Below the pieces are notes generated by a model, which worked only from the letters and a program-made list of their open reading frames with translations, was not told the DNA's origin and searched no databases. From an uncultured Candidatus Hydrogenedens sp. (GTDB lineage Bacteria; Desulfobacterota_D; UBA1144), in assembly GCA_902609885.1 (NCBI GenBank), contig CACLTT010000003.1:8809-72808 (forward strand): a stretch of 64,000 bases of DNA, written 5' to 3'. This document shows positions 46,117 through 56,101 of this stretch, piece after piece. A program made the position numbers and the translations under genes. The stretch's first letter is position 1. The number at the start of each line of letters is the position of its first letter.

Positions 46117-48828
46117 TTAAAGAATAAGCTGTTCATGACATTTCAAGCAAATATTTTTATCATCTGGACCTCTTTGAAAACTATAATTCCAACATCTTAC
46201 ACACTTGGGAGCTTTAGTTTTTTCAACATCACATATAACTTTATCATTTTGACAATCGGACAAATCAAGCTCTGCAACCATTAATACTTTTTGAAGATTA
46301 ACCAAATTTTCTTTTAAAAATTCATTATGACTAACTGGGCATGATACTAAAATTTTAGCTTCCAAAGAGCTTCCGATTATCTTTTCAGCTCTTTTAATTT
46401 CTATCTCCTTCAAAAAAATAGTTCTATATTCTATCAATTTATCCCATTTAATTTCTATTTCGTCATCTTTATAAAAATCATTTGAAAGTGTTTCTTGAAA
46501 AATAGAAGATTTATTTTGGTTAAAATGTTTCCAAGCCTCTTCAGTTGTAAATGATATAACAGGTGACAACATTAAAGTTATTTCTCGAAAAATATTTATG
46601 ATTGCGGATTGAGTTGATTTTCTCTGATGAGATTTGATTGAAAAAGTATATAAAATATCTTTTTGTATATCTAAATAAATGGAGCTCAATTCGTTTGCTG
46701 TAAAATTTAACACTTTAGATATACCTTGATGGAATAGGTTTTTTTCAAAATATTCTACATACTCCTTCTTCAGATTAGATAATTTTATTAAAATCCATTG
46801 ATCAATTTCTTCCATTTTTTCAAAATTTACAAAATCTTTTTCTTCAAAATCACTAATATTTCCTAATAAAAATCTAAAAGTATTTCTTAATTTTTTGTAT
46901 TTATCTCTTATTCCATCTAAAATTGAGTCTGATAGCCTTACCTCAGATGAATAATCCTCTGATGCAACCCAGAGTCTTAGTATGTCAGCACCACTCTGCT
47001 TTATAATTTTATCGGGTTCAACAACGTTGTTTTTTGATTTTGACATTTTTTGGCCTTTGCTATCTACAACAAATCCGTGGGTTAAGACGGATTTATATGG
47101 AGAAATACCATTTGTTGCTACTGATGTTAGCAAACTACTCTGAAACCATCCTCTATGCTGATCATTACCTTCTAAGTATAAATCTGCAGGATATGATTTC
47201 TCATTTAATACCGACTTCCAAGAGGAACCGGAATCAAACCAAACATCTAATGTATCAGTTCCTTTGACTAGTTTCTCAGAATGACCTTTATATTTATCAG
47301 GTAAAAAATAGTCAATTTCTTTTTCCCACCATGAGTTTGATCCTTCAGCTTTAAAAATATCGATAATTTTATTTAATATCTCTTTATTTATGAAAGTTTC
47401 ATTTGATTCTTTATAGTAAAAAACTGGTATTGGTAAACCCCATGATCTCTGCCTGGATATGCACCAGTCTGATCTTTCATCTACCATAGACTTTATTCGT
47501 TTCATAGATTGGCTTGGATACCATTTAACTTTTTCAATTTCGCTAAGTGCTTGTTCTCTAAACTTATCTACAGATGCGAACCATTGATAAGTTGATCTAA
47601 AAATAGTTGGCTTACCGGTTCGCCAATCATAAGGATATTTATGATTATAATCCTCAGAAAAAAATAAATAATTTTCATTGTCAAGTAACTCAATCACTTT
47701 AAGATTTCCTTCATTCAAAACACTTAATCCTTGTAATTCTCCTCGGACATCATCAGTAAATTTTCCATACTTATCAACAGGAGAAAAAATATCAAGATTA
47801 TTTTTAATACCAGTGGTGTAGTCATCTACACCGTGACCAGGTGCAGTATGTACTATTCCTGTTCCTGTATCTTTAGTTACGTATTCAGCATTATAAACAC
47901 TACACTCCTCTTGTGTTAGAGGAGATAAATATTTCATTTCTAACAATTTCTTTCCAGAAATTTCATTGATTTTATTTAAATTTAAATCACTTTTCTCATG
48001 CAACTTAGTGGCAAGATCTAATTCGATAATAATTTGTTCATTCTCTATTTCATATATACCATAAACAAAATCTTGGTTTAAAGATAAAGCTTTATTTGCT
48101 GGCAAAGTCCATGGAGTAGTTGTCCATACAAGAAAGTTAAGATTATCAAAGGATTCTTTAATTTCATTTGGATATGATTTTTTCAGTACTGGAAACTTTA
48201 CATAAACGCTTTTTGAAATATGATTATCAGGATATTCAAGTTCCGCCTCGGCAAGTGCAGTTTGCGAACTAGGGCTCCAATTAACTGGCTTCATTCCTCT
48301 ATAAATATATCCCTTCAAAAACATATCAGAAAAAACTGAAATTTGATTAGCTTCAAAGTTAGGATTAATAGTTAAATAAGGGTTATTCCAATCAGATATT
48401 ACACCTAGTCTGATGAATTCTTCTTTTTGCTTATTAACAAATTTCATTGCATATTCTTTACACAAATTCCTAATTTCTAACTTAGTAATATCTTTTGATT
48501 TGAGTTTCTTTGTTACTTGGTGTTCAATTGGGAGTCCATGACAGTCCCAGCCAGGAACATATCTAATGGATTTTCCTAGTATAGAATTAAATTTAATTAT
48601 TATGTCTTTTAGAACTTTATTTAGACAGTGTCCCATATGGATCTTGCCGTTAGCAAAAGGTGGACCATCATGTAATTCAAACAGCTCGCCTGACTTTGAT
48701 TGAAGAAGATCATATAAATTAATATCATCCCAATACTCTATTAACTTAGGTTCGTTCTGAGGTAGGTTTGCCCTCATGGGAAAATCAGTTTTTGGTAAGT
48801 TTAATGTTTCACTATAATCTTTGCTCAA
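46117..48828 (-). CDS. ileS: Isoleucine-tRNA ligase (type 1)
   Basis: HDGPPFANG-HMGH, GWDCHGLPIE, KMSKS, C-terminal Zn finger. Confidence 0.97.
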   Translation of the reverse strand: MSKDYSETLNLPKTDFPMRANLPQNEPKLIEYWDDINLYDLLQSKSGELFELHDGPPFANGKIHMGHCLNKVLKDIIIKFNSILGKSIRYVPGWDCHGLPIEHQVTKKLKSKDITKLEIRNLCKEYAMKFVNKQKEEFIRLGVISDWNNPYLTINPNFEANQISVFSDMFLKGYIYRGMKPVNWSPSSQTALAEAELEYPDNHISKSVYVKFPVLKKSYPNEIKESFDNLNFLVWTTTPWTLPANKALSLNQDFVYGIYEIENEQIIIELDLATKLHEKSDLNLNKINEISGKKLLEMKYLSPLTQEECSVYNAEYVTKDTGTGIVHTAPGHGVDDYTTGIKNNLDIFSPVDKYGKFTDDVRGELQGLSVLNEGNLKVIELLDNENYLFFSEDYNHKYPYDWRTGKPTIFRSTYQWFASVDKFREQALSEIEKVKWYPSQSMKRIKSMVDERSDWCISRQRSWGLPIPVFYYKESNETFINKEILNKIIDIFKAEGSNSWWEKEIDYFLPDKYKGHSEKLVKGTDTLDVWFDSGSSWKSVLNEKSYPADLYLEGNDQHRGWFQSSLLTSVATNGISPYKSVLTHGFVVDSKGQKMSKSKNNVVEPDKIIKQSGADILRLWVASEDYSSEVRLSDSILDGIRDKYKKLRNTFRFLLGNISDFEEKDFVNFEKMEEIDQWILIKLSNLKKEYVEYFEKNLFHQGISKVLNFTANELSSIYLDIQKDILYTFSIKSHQRKSTQSAIINIFREITLMLSPVISFTTEEAWKHFNQNKSSIFQETLSNDFYKDDEIEIKWDKLIEYRTIFLKEIEIKRAEKIIGSSLEAKILVSCPVSHNEFLKENLVNLQKVLMVAELDLSDCQNDKVICDVEKTKAPKCVRCWNYSFQRGPDDKNICLKCHEQLIL

Positions 48829-49185
48829 TTAATTCCCCGTCAAAACTTTATTCATATTATCATAAATTTTTCTTGAAAAAAGAACCCACTTGTCCCATAT
48901 GTCTGTATTATAATTTTCTTGCTTTATTGTTTTAACCATTTTTAATCCATAATCCTCAAATGTAATCTCTATTTCGTCATAATCCGTCAAATTTTTACTA
49001 AAAACTTCACCAAGTCTTTTAATTATCTTTACATTCTTATCTTCTATATCTCTATACTCAGTTATTAAAAGTTTTACTCCTCTTATTTTTGAATCACCCG
49101 ACATCATTGTAGAACCCATCCCCCATCCCTTCTTCGCCCTAGGAGTTTCTGCTCTAATTTGCATATCCATAACTTTATAATACAC
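48829..49185 (-). CDS. Hypothetical protein
   Basis: ORF abutting ileS; no family recognised. Confidence 0.55.
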   Translation of the reverse strand: MYYKVMDMQIRAETPRAKKGWGMGSTMMSGDSKIRGVKLLITEYRDIEDKNVKIIKRLGEVFSKNLTDYDEIEITFEDYGLKMVKTIKQENYNTDIWDKWVLFSRKIYDNMNKVLTGN

Positions 49186-49235
49186 TCAAATCTTTTGTAA
49201 TTTTATTAAAAATAATACTATGATAGAGTAAAAAA

Positions 49236-49931
49236 GTGGAACAACAATATAAAATACTCTTTACTGGACTTACGGGTAATCTTGGTCGTGAGATCATACC
49301 CCTGTTAAAGAAAAATAATTATATAATCTATACGACATATAAATATCAAAAAGAATTAGACTCTATCAGTAAAGATCATTCTAAATTCATCAATCCAATA
49401 AAATGTGATTTGCTGTGTGAAAAAGATGTAATTAAAATGGCTACAAAATTGAAAATTGAAAAAATACATTTTAACTCGATAGTCAACCTAGTTGGTGGAT
49501 TTATATACAAAGACTTTATAAGTTCAAATTTAGAAGATGTTCAAAAAATGATGGAAATAAATTTATATAGTGTTTTTAATATTTGTAAATATTCTCCACA
49601 AATATTATTATCTTCTCATAACAAAAGTATTATAAACATGTTAACGCCATATGCAGAAAAACCAGCTACCGGGGTCAGCGCATATAGTAGTTCAAAAGCA
49701 GCTCTACTAAATTTATCAAAATCAATAGCTATAGAATTCCAAAAATATGATATTAGAGTTAATTCTATAATGACAGATACAATAGATACTCCTTCAAATA
49801 GATTAGAAATGCCAGATGCTAATTTTTATAAATGGATAAAACCCATACAAATTTTTAATGCAATTAAAATGCTAATATCAAAAGAATCAAAATTCATAAA
49901 TGGAGAAATTATCAAATTATCAAATGAATAA
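49236..49931 (+). CDS. SDR family oxidoreductase
   Basis: TGLTGNLG, YSSSK, IDTPSNR. Confidence 0.85.
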   Translation: MEQQYKILFTGLTGNLGREIIPLLKKNNYIIYTTYKYQKELDSISKDHSKFINPIKCDLLCEKDVIKMATKLKIEKIHFNSIVNLVGGFIYKDFISSNLEDVQKMMEINLYSVFNICKYSPQILLSSHNKSIINMLTPYAEKPATGVSAYSSSKAALLNLSKSIAIEFQKYDIRVNSIMTDTIDTPSNRLEMPDANFYKWIKPIQIFNAIKMLISKESKFINGEIIKLSNE

Positions 49932-51294
49932 TTTTGACGTTTGTATAATTGGTGGCGGCCCAGGTGGGTATACTGCTGCTATTGAAGCAGAACGAAGAGG
50001 ATTAAAAGTTTTACTGATTGAAAAGAAAACTTTAGGGGGAACATGTTTAAATCTAGGATGTATACCAACTAAATCACTGTTAAAAAGTGCAGAGCTATAT
50101 TCAGATATTTTAAAAAATCAGAATAAGCTTTTTAATATTTCTAATTTATCTATAAATTTTGAGGAAATAATAAAAAATAGCCAGAAAAATATTAAAAGAT
50201 TATTAAGTGGATTAGAATATTTAATAAATAATAAAAAAATTACATATATAAATGGAACCGCTAAATTTAAAGATAAAAGAACTGTTATAGTTTTAAAAGA
50301 TAATACGGAAGAGATACACAATTCTGATATTTTTATAATTTCAACAGGATCAATTCCTAAAAACCCAAAAAAAATAATTCCAGATAATAAAATTATTTAT
50401 GATAGTGATGGTATATTACAACTCTCGAATTTACCTAAAAATATTCTAATTGTTGGTGGTGGATACATTGGTGTCGAATTTGCATTCTTTTTTAGTTCAT
50501 TAGGCTCTAAGGTAACCATTGTAGAAGATCAAAAGTCTCTTTTAAGTGCAATGGATACTGAAATAATAAATGAACTAAAGAAAAATTTTAAAGCTAAGGG
50601 TATAAAAATAGAAGAGAATTCAAAAGTTAATATCAATAAAATAAATAAAACTAATGCTGAAGTCAGTATTAATAATGATCAATTTATATATGAAAAAATA
50701 TTGGTAGCTACTGGAAGGCAGCCTTTAACGAAAGGGATGAATATAGAACTTCTAGATGTAAAGATAAATAATAAAGGTTTTATAATTACTGACACAAAAT
50801 ACAAAACTAACATTGAAAATATTTTTGCTATTGGTGATGTTATAGAAGGTCCAATGCTAGCTCACAGGGCAAGTTTTGATGGCTTTAGAATTATGGATTA
50901 TATTTATGATGATAAAAAAAATAATGGAATTTCAGTTCCAAGTTGTATTTATTGTCAACCTGAAATTGCAAGTATAGGAAGGACTGAAGACAGCTTGTTA
51001 AAAAATCAAATTAATTTCAAAAAAGCTATAACACCCTTCAAATCTAACGGAAAATCAATTGCACAGGGCGAAAATAGAGGTTTTTGCAAAATAATGGTTG
51101 ATCAAAACCTCAAGATCTTAGGCGCGCACATAATAGGTAGAGGAGCAACAGAAATGATTTCTGAGCTTAATATCCTGATGTCGAATAATCTGTCTATTGA
51201 AAGTATAATTAATACTGTTTATCCACATCCAACTTTATCAGAGATAATTTACGAATGCTGTTTACAGTTAATAGAAAGAGAGAGGCACATATGA
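49924..51294 (+). CDS. lpdA: Dihydrolipoamide dehydrogenase
   Basis: GGGPGGY, GGTCLNLGCIPTK, HPTLSE. Confidence 0.92.
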   Translation: MNNFDVCIIGGGPGGYTAAIEAERRGLKVLLIEKKTLGGTCLNLGCIPTKSLLKSAELYSDILKNQNKLFNISNLSINFEEIIKNSQKNIKRLLSGLEYLINNKKITYINGTAKFKDKRTVIVLKDNTEEIHNSDIFIISTGSIPKNPKKIIPDNKIIYDSDGILQLSNLPKNILIVGGGYIGVEFAFFFSSLGSKVTIVEDQKSLLSAMDTEIINELKKNFKAKGIKIEENSKVNINKINKTNAEVSINNDQFIYEKILVATGRQPLTKGMNIELLDVKINNKGFIITDTKYKTNIENIFAIGDVIEGPMLAHRASFDGFRIMDYIYDDKKNNGISVPSCIYCQPEIASIGRTEDSLLKNQINFKKAITPFKSNGKSIAQGENRGFCKIMVDQNLKILGAHIIGRGATEMISELNILMSNNLSIESIINTVYPHPTLSEIIYECCLQLIERERHI

Positions 51295-52409
51295 TTAATG
51301 AAAAAAGACTAATAAAGACTTTTACTGAATTGGTAAAAATAGATAGCGAATCTAGAAATGAAATAAATGTAGCGAATTACATTGAAAAAAAAATAAAAAA
51401 ATTAAAGCTTAAGTATAAATTTGATAATTCGAAAAAATTAACTGGTTCGAATGTTGATAACCTAATAATATATAAAAAATATAATAATAGTAAAAAATTC
51501 TTTGTTCTGTCATCACATATGGATACTGTGGTGCCAGGTAATGGAATAAAACCAATAATAAAAAAAAATCATATTGAGAGTGGTGGAAATACAATCTTAG
51601 GTGCTGATGATAAGAGCGGGTTAGCGATAATTCTAGAAATTTTTGAAACATTAGTTGAGAAAAAATATCCTCATGTAAATTTAGAAGCTGCAATTACAAC
51701 TTGTGAAGAAATTGGCCTTCTTGGTGCAAAATTTTTAAACTATAAATTATTAAAATCAAAATCTGGAATTGTATTAGACAGTACAAGTCCTAGTAGATTG
51801 GTCTTAAAAGGCCCATCATCCGACTATTTTTCAATTGATATTTTAGGAATTGAAGCTCATTCTGGCATAAACCCAGAAAAAGGTTTAAGTTCAATTAAAA
51901 TTGCTTCAGAGGTTATAAGCAAGATAAAAGTTGGAAGAATTTATAAAGATACCACGCTAAATATAGGTAAAATAAAAGGTGGATCTGCTATAAACATTGT
52001 ACCCGGGAAAACATCTATAAAATGTGAAATTCGAAGTCATAGAGAATCTGTTATATTAAAAATATTAAACCAAATTAAAAAAAATATAAAAATAATTGAG
52101 AAAAAATATAAAAAGATTAACCCCAAGTTTTCTATAATTTTTAAAAAGGAAAGAATATATGATTCTATAAATATTTCACAAAATAATGAAATTGTTAAAA
52201 AAGTTTTAAGTGCTAGTCAAGAATTAAATTATAAAACTAATATAGTTGAAACCGGTGGTGGAGCAGATGCCAATTTTTTTGTTAAGAATAAAATAAATAC
52301 TGTAAATCTTGGGACTGGAATGAGAGAATTTCATACTGTAGATGAAAAATTAATATTGAATGAATTTATTACATCAGCAAATATTGTTCTGAAAACAATT
52401 TTATTGTGA
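51291..52409 (+). CDS. M20B peptidase (PepT-like)
   Basis: HMDTV, LGADDKSG, CEEIG, GGGADAN, H..DE. Confidence 0.85.
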   Translation: MINEKRLIKTFTELVKIDSESRNEINVANYIEKKIKKLKLKYKFDNSKKLTGSNVDNLIIYKKYNNSKKFFVLSSHMDTVVPGNGIKPIIKKNHIESGGNTILGADDKSGLAIILEIFETLVEKKYPHVNLEAAITTCEEIGLLGAKFLNYKLLKSKSGIVLDSTSPSRLVLKGPSSDYFSIDILGIEAHSGINPEKGLSSIKIASEVISKIKVGRIYKDTTLNIGKIKGGSAINIVPGKTSIKCEIRSHRESVILKILNQIKKNIKIIEKKYKKINPKFSIIFKKERIYDSINISQNNEIVKKVLSASQELNYKTNIVETGGGADANFFVKNKINTVNLGTGMREFHTVDEKLILNEFITSANIVLKTILL

Positions 52410-53072
52410 GATTAAATATTTTAAAATATCTTCATAATTACTAAATACAATATCGGCTTTATGAAGAGCTTCAATATCAAAAGTATTAGTTATTCCTATA
52501 CACTTTAAACCTGCAGATTTAGCTGATTGAATTCCGCCTGGTGAATCCTCTATAACAACTATTTCATCAATATTAAATTCAGAATTTAAACTATCTAAAA
52601 CCCTATTGTAGGTTTCTGGATTTGGTTTAGGATTGTTAACTTCATCTGCTGAAACTACTGTATCAAAGTAATTATAAATATTATTATTTTTTAATGTTCT
52701 GATTATTTCAGATCTATTTGCACCAGAACCAATAGATAAAATAAAGTTTTTAGATAATTTAATAATTAATTCTTTAACTCCTGGAAATAATTTTGAATTA
52801 TCAATTAGTCTGGATTCAAAATAGTCATTTTTATTTTTTATAATCATATCAATTTCCCCATTTGATGCTGAAATTTTTCTATCGCTAATTACATTAGTGA
52901 TAACACCTCTATCATCATAAGAAATATATTTTGAATAATATTCTTTCTCCGAAATATTAATATTAAGAATTTTTAAGCTTTCATTAAATGCTATGAAGTG
53001 AGAATTTTCTGAATCTAAAATAACACCATCAAAATCAAAAATAACAATTTTTACTTGTTTCATGTATATCAT
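52401..53072 (-). CDS. HAD-family phosphatase (beta-PGM-like)
   Basis: FDFDGV, KPNPE, EDS..G..SAKSAG. Confidence 0.85.
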   Translation of the reverse strand: MIYMKQVKIVIFDFDGVILDSENSHFIAFNESLKILNINISEKEYYSKYISYDDRGVITNVISDRKISASNGEIDMIIKNKNDYFESRLIDNSKLFPGVKELIIKLSKNFILSIGSGANRSEIIRTLKNNNIYNYFDTVVSADEVNNPKPNPETYNRVLDSLNSEFNIDEIVVIEDSPGGIQSAKSAGLKCIGITNTFDIEALHKADIVFSNYEDILKYLISQ

Positions 53073-53134
53073 GATAATTTAAAATAATAAAAAGCATAGC
53101 TTTAATTAAATTTAAAAGTGAATATAATTTACTG

Positions 53135-54112
53135 ATGATTAAAAGAGGAAGGATACTTAGAAAGAATAAAAATATAAGAGAAATGGTGAGTGAAAATAAG
53201 CTTCACTTAGAGAATTTAATTCAACCGATTTTTTTAATTAGTGGTAAAAATAAAAGAGAAAAAATTAAAACAATGGATGGAATTGAAAGAAAATCAATTG
53301 ATCTTCAAATAAAAGATATTAAAAAAATGGTTTCTATGGGTATTAAAAGTGTAATTATATTTCCTTCGATAGAAGAAAATAAAAAGAATAAGAATGCCAC
53401 TGAAGCACTCAACCCAAAAGGATTAATACCAAATGCTGTTAAGGAAATAAAAAAACAATTCCCAGAGCTAATTCTTATTACTGATATTGCACTTGATCCT
53501 TATAACTCTGATGGTCATGATGGTATACTCCGCAATGGAAAAATATTAAATGATAAAACTGTTGATATTTTGGTAAAACAAGCAATTTTACATGCTAAAT
53601 CCGGTGCAGATTTTGTTGCTCCATCTGATATGATGGATGGAAGAATTCTGAAAATTAGAAATAATTTAGATAAAGAAAATTTTAAATATGTCGGAATAAT
53701 CTCATATGCAGCCAAATATTGTTCATCGCTATATGGGCCTTTTAGGGATGCCCTAAATTCTGCACCAAAATCTGGTGATAAAAAAACCTATCAAATAAAT
53801 CCTGCAAATTCTGACGAAGCTTTAAAAGAAGTTATAGAAGATGAAGCTGAGGGGGCTGATATGTTAATGATTAAGCCTGCAATTTTTTATCTTGATATTA
53901 TATCAAAAGTTAAAGCTAATACATATCTTCCAGTGGTTGCTTATCAAGTAAGCGGTGAATATTCTATGCTTATTTGCTCATCAAAAAATAATATTATTGA
54001 TTTGGATGATGCAATTTTAGAATCTTTATTGTCAATAAAAAGAGCTGGAGCAAATTTAATTATTTCTTACTTCACTTCATATATTGCAAAAAAAGGCCTA
54101 ATTAAGACTTAA
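53135..54112 (+). CDS. hemB: Porphobilinogen synthase (Asp-rich, Zn-independent type)
   Basis: DIALDPYNSDGHDG, APSDMMDGR, YGPFRDA, MIKP, YQVSGEY. Confidence 0.95.
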   Translation: MIKRGRILRKNKNIREMVSENKLHLENLIQPIFLISGKNKREKIKTMDGIERKSIDLQIKDIKKMVSMGIKSVIIFPSIEENKKNKNATEALNPKGLIPNAVKEIKKQFPELILITDIALDPYNSDGHDGILRNGKILNDKTVDILVKQAILHAKSGADFVAPSDMMDGRILKIRNNLDKENFKYVGIISYAAKYCSSLYGPFRDALNSAPKSGDKKTYQINPANSDEALKEVIEDEAEGADMLMIKPAIFYLDIISKVKANTYLPVVAYQVSGEYSMLICSSKNNIIDLDDAILESLLSIKRAGANLIISYFTSYIAKKGLIKT

Positions 54113-54536
54113 AATAATCACTATAATTTAGTACAAATACACCTAATATTATTAATGCTGTGCCTATTATTGTTTCTAAAGTTATCTCCTCTTTTAAAAA
54201 TAAATATCCATAAAAACATGTAAAAAGAGGATAAGTTGCTGTCAAAGGCACAATTTTACTAGCTGAACTTCCAACTAAAGCATTAAAATATAAATAAATT
54301 CCTAAAACAGCTAAAACTCCGGGAATTAAAATTAATAATATGTTTTTCAGATTTAACGATACAATACTGGAAAAATTATTTGATGTAAGATAAAAAGGTA
54401 GAATTAAGCATGTTACTAAAATAAACCTTACAAATAAGACCAACATCGGATTTAGTTCTTTAAGGCTCATTTTTTCAAAAATTGGTGCCAAGCCCCAAAT
54501 CGCAGCTACTATTAATGCTAGAAGATTAGGATTCAT
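54102..54536 (-). CDS. EamA/DMT family membrane protein
   Basis: WG...IFEK, ASKIVPL..TYP, FLKE. Confidence 0.8.
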   Translation of the reverse strand: MNPNLLALIVAAIWGLAPIFEKMSLKELNPMLVLFVRFILVTCLILPFYLTSNNFSSIVSLNLKNILLILIPGVLAVLGIYLYFNALVGSSASKIVPLTATYPLFTCFYGYLFLKEEITLETIIGTALIILGVFVLNYSDYFKS

Positions 54537-54540
54537 GATT

Positions 54541-55230
54541 TCATATTTTCCTTAGAACTGATGATAAAGAATTTATTACATAATCTCCATTAATTTTTGC
54601 ATCTCTATCGATCAAAAAGGCTTTGAGTCCAATTCTCTTACAAGCCTTATAATCTAGTTCGGGGTTATCCCCTATATGCACTGTGGTTTTAATGTCTGAT
54701 CCCGAGTCATTCAATGATTTAAGAAAAAAATCTTTATCAGGCTTTGCACAACCAGATTGAGATGAGATAGTAAAATGGTTTATGTAAGGAGATATTCCGA
54801 ATCCATTACAAACTTTAAATATCCTTGAATCAAAATTAGAGGTGATAATTATTTTAAATCCTCTTCCCTTTAGCTCTTGTAAAAATGGAATAGTATCATC
54901 ATAGATCTCCCAGGCATCAAATTCAAAATGCTTGTAAAGCTCATTAAAATAATCATCAAATGAATCAAACATACCTAAGTCATCAAAGATATCTTTTACG
55001 AGTCTATACCACCAATCCTTTTCCGCATTTTCTAATTCAGGCCCTTGGAGTCCACTAAAATAAAGACCATTTCTTGAATTAAAATATTTTTTGAAACAAT
55101 CTGAAATTTCTTTTGGTTCAAATTTATCTGTATATTTCTTTAAGATTTCATAATAAGTATTTCCTAAACCTTTTTTTATGAAGAATAATGTGTCAGCTGC
55201 GTCTAAAGATATAGTATTGAATTTACACAT
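54541..55230 (-). CDS. HAD-like hydrolase (HDHD3/REG-2-like)
   Basis: DAADTL, SNFDSR, KPD, HIGD. Confidence 0.8.
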   Translation of the reverse strand: MCKFNTISLDAADTLFFIKKGLGNTYYEILKKYTDKFEPKEISDCFKKYFNSRNGLYFSGLQGPELENAEKDWWYRLVKDIFDDLGMFDSFDDYFNELYKHFEFDAWEIYDDTIPFLQELKGRGFKIIITSNFDSRIFKVCNGFGISPYINHFTISSQSGCAKPDKDFFLKSLNDSGSDIKTTVHIGDNPELDYKACKRIGLKAFLIDRDAKINGDYVINSLSSVLRKI

Positions 55231-55250
55231 AATAAAAGTAAAAATTAAAT

Positions 55251-55595
55251 ATGATTATACCAGTTGTAACAAAAGATATTATGTATTTTTCTAAACTTAA
55301 ATCAAAAATTAATATTGATAAATATAGTCTTATTCAGATAAAAAACCGTAAAGAAATTGAAAATATACTTTTAGATAAAAACTTTTTATTGTTGATAGTT
55401 GATTTTTCAGACGATTTTGCAAAATCAATCGAATTAAAAGATTTAATTAAAAATAGAGACATAGTCTCAATTGGATATTATCCTCATGTTAATGAGAATT
55501 TAAAGCAAAATGCAATCAAATTTGGGACTGGGAGGCAGGTAACGAGAAACCAACTGTTTAAAAATATTAATAATATAGTTGATGAATTTAGCTAA
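55251..55595 (+). CDS. Hypothetical protein (possible degenerate receiver-like fold)
   Basis: LLIVD...GYYPHV pattern. Confidence 0.5.
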   Translation: MIIPVVTKDIMYFSKLKSKINIDKYSLIQIKNRKEIENILLDKNFLLLIVDFSDDFAKSIELKDLIKNRDIVSIGYYPHVNENLKQNAIKFGTGRQVTRNQLFKNINNIVDEFS

Positions 55596-55606
55596 TTATG
55601 ATTATT

Positions 55607-56101
55607 TTAAATATCTTTATTTTCAAATCCATAATCATTAAGAAAATTTTTAACTATATCCTTAAGATTATTCATCCCTCCATCTACATTTAATTCTGCT
55701 GAACAGCCAATATATTCAATTTTTGCATCAAGGGATGCGGAATCATTTTTTTCACTCAACCAGATTGTTATAACATGTAGACATTCTAACCAGTCACCAA
55801 TTGGAAATTCTTTAATAGGAGATTTTTTTGATCTTCCATCAATAGATTCGCCAATCGAATATTTAAAAATTTTTTTATAATATTTATTTTTAGATGTAGG
55901 TAATTTTGAATCTTTGTACAAAATGTTAACAAAATTATTAAAATGTACTATTTCGTTCGAGGATAACAAGAAAATTTTGATTGAATCTTCATCAATATAT
56001 GAACTATTAAGAACGTTTATTGCATTTTGATAGGATTTTAACCATTCGTCTATTAATTGTTTGGTTTGAAGTTTGTTAACTAGCTCTTCTTTTAAATTCA
56101 T
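55607..56101 (-). CDS. Hypothetical protein
   Basis: ORF directly downstream of metH; no family recognised. Confidence 0.55.
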   Translation of the reverse strand: MNLKEELVNKLQTKQLIDEWLKSYQNAINVLNSSYIDEDSIKIFLLSSNEIVHFNNFVNILYKDSKLPTSKNKYYKKIFKYSIGESIDGRSKKSPIKEFPIGDWLECLHVITIWLSEKNDSASLDAKIEYIGCSAELNVDGGMNNLKDIVKNFLNDYGFENKDI

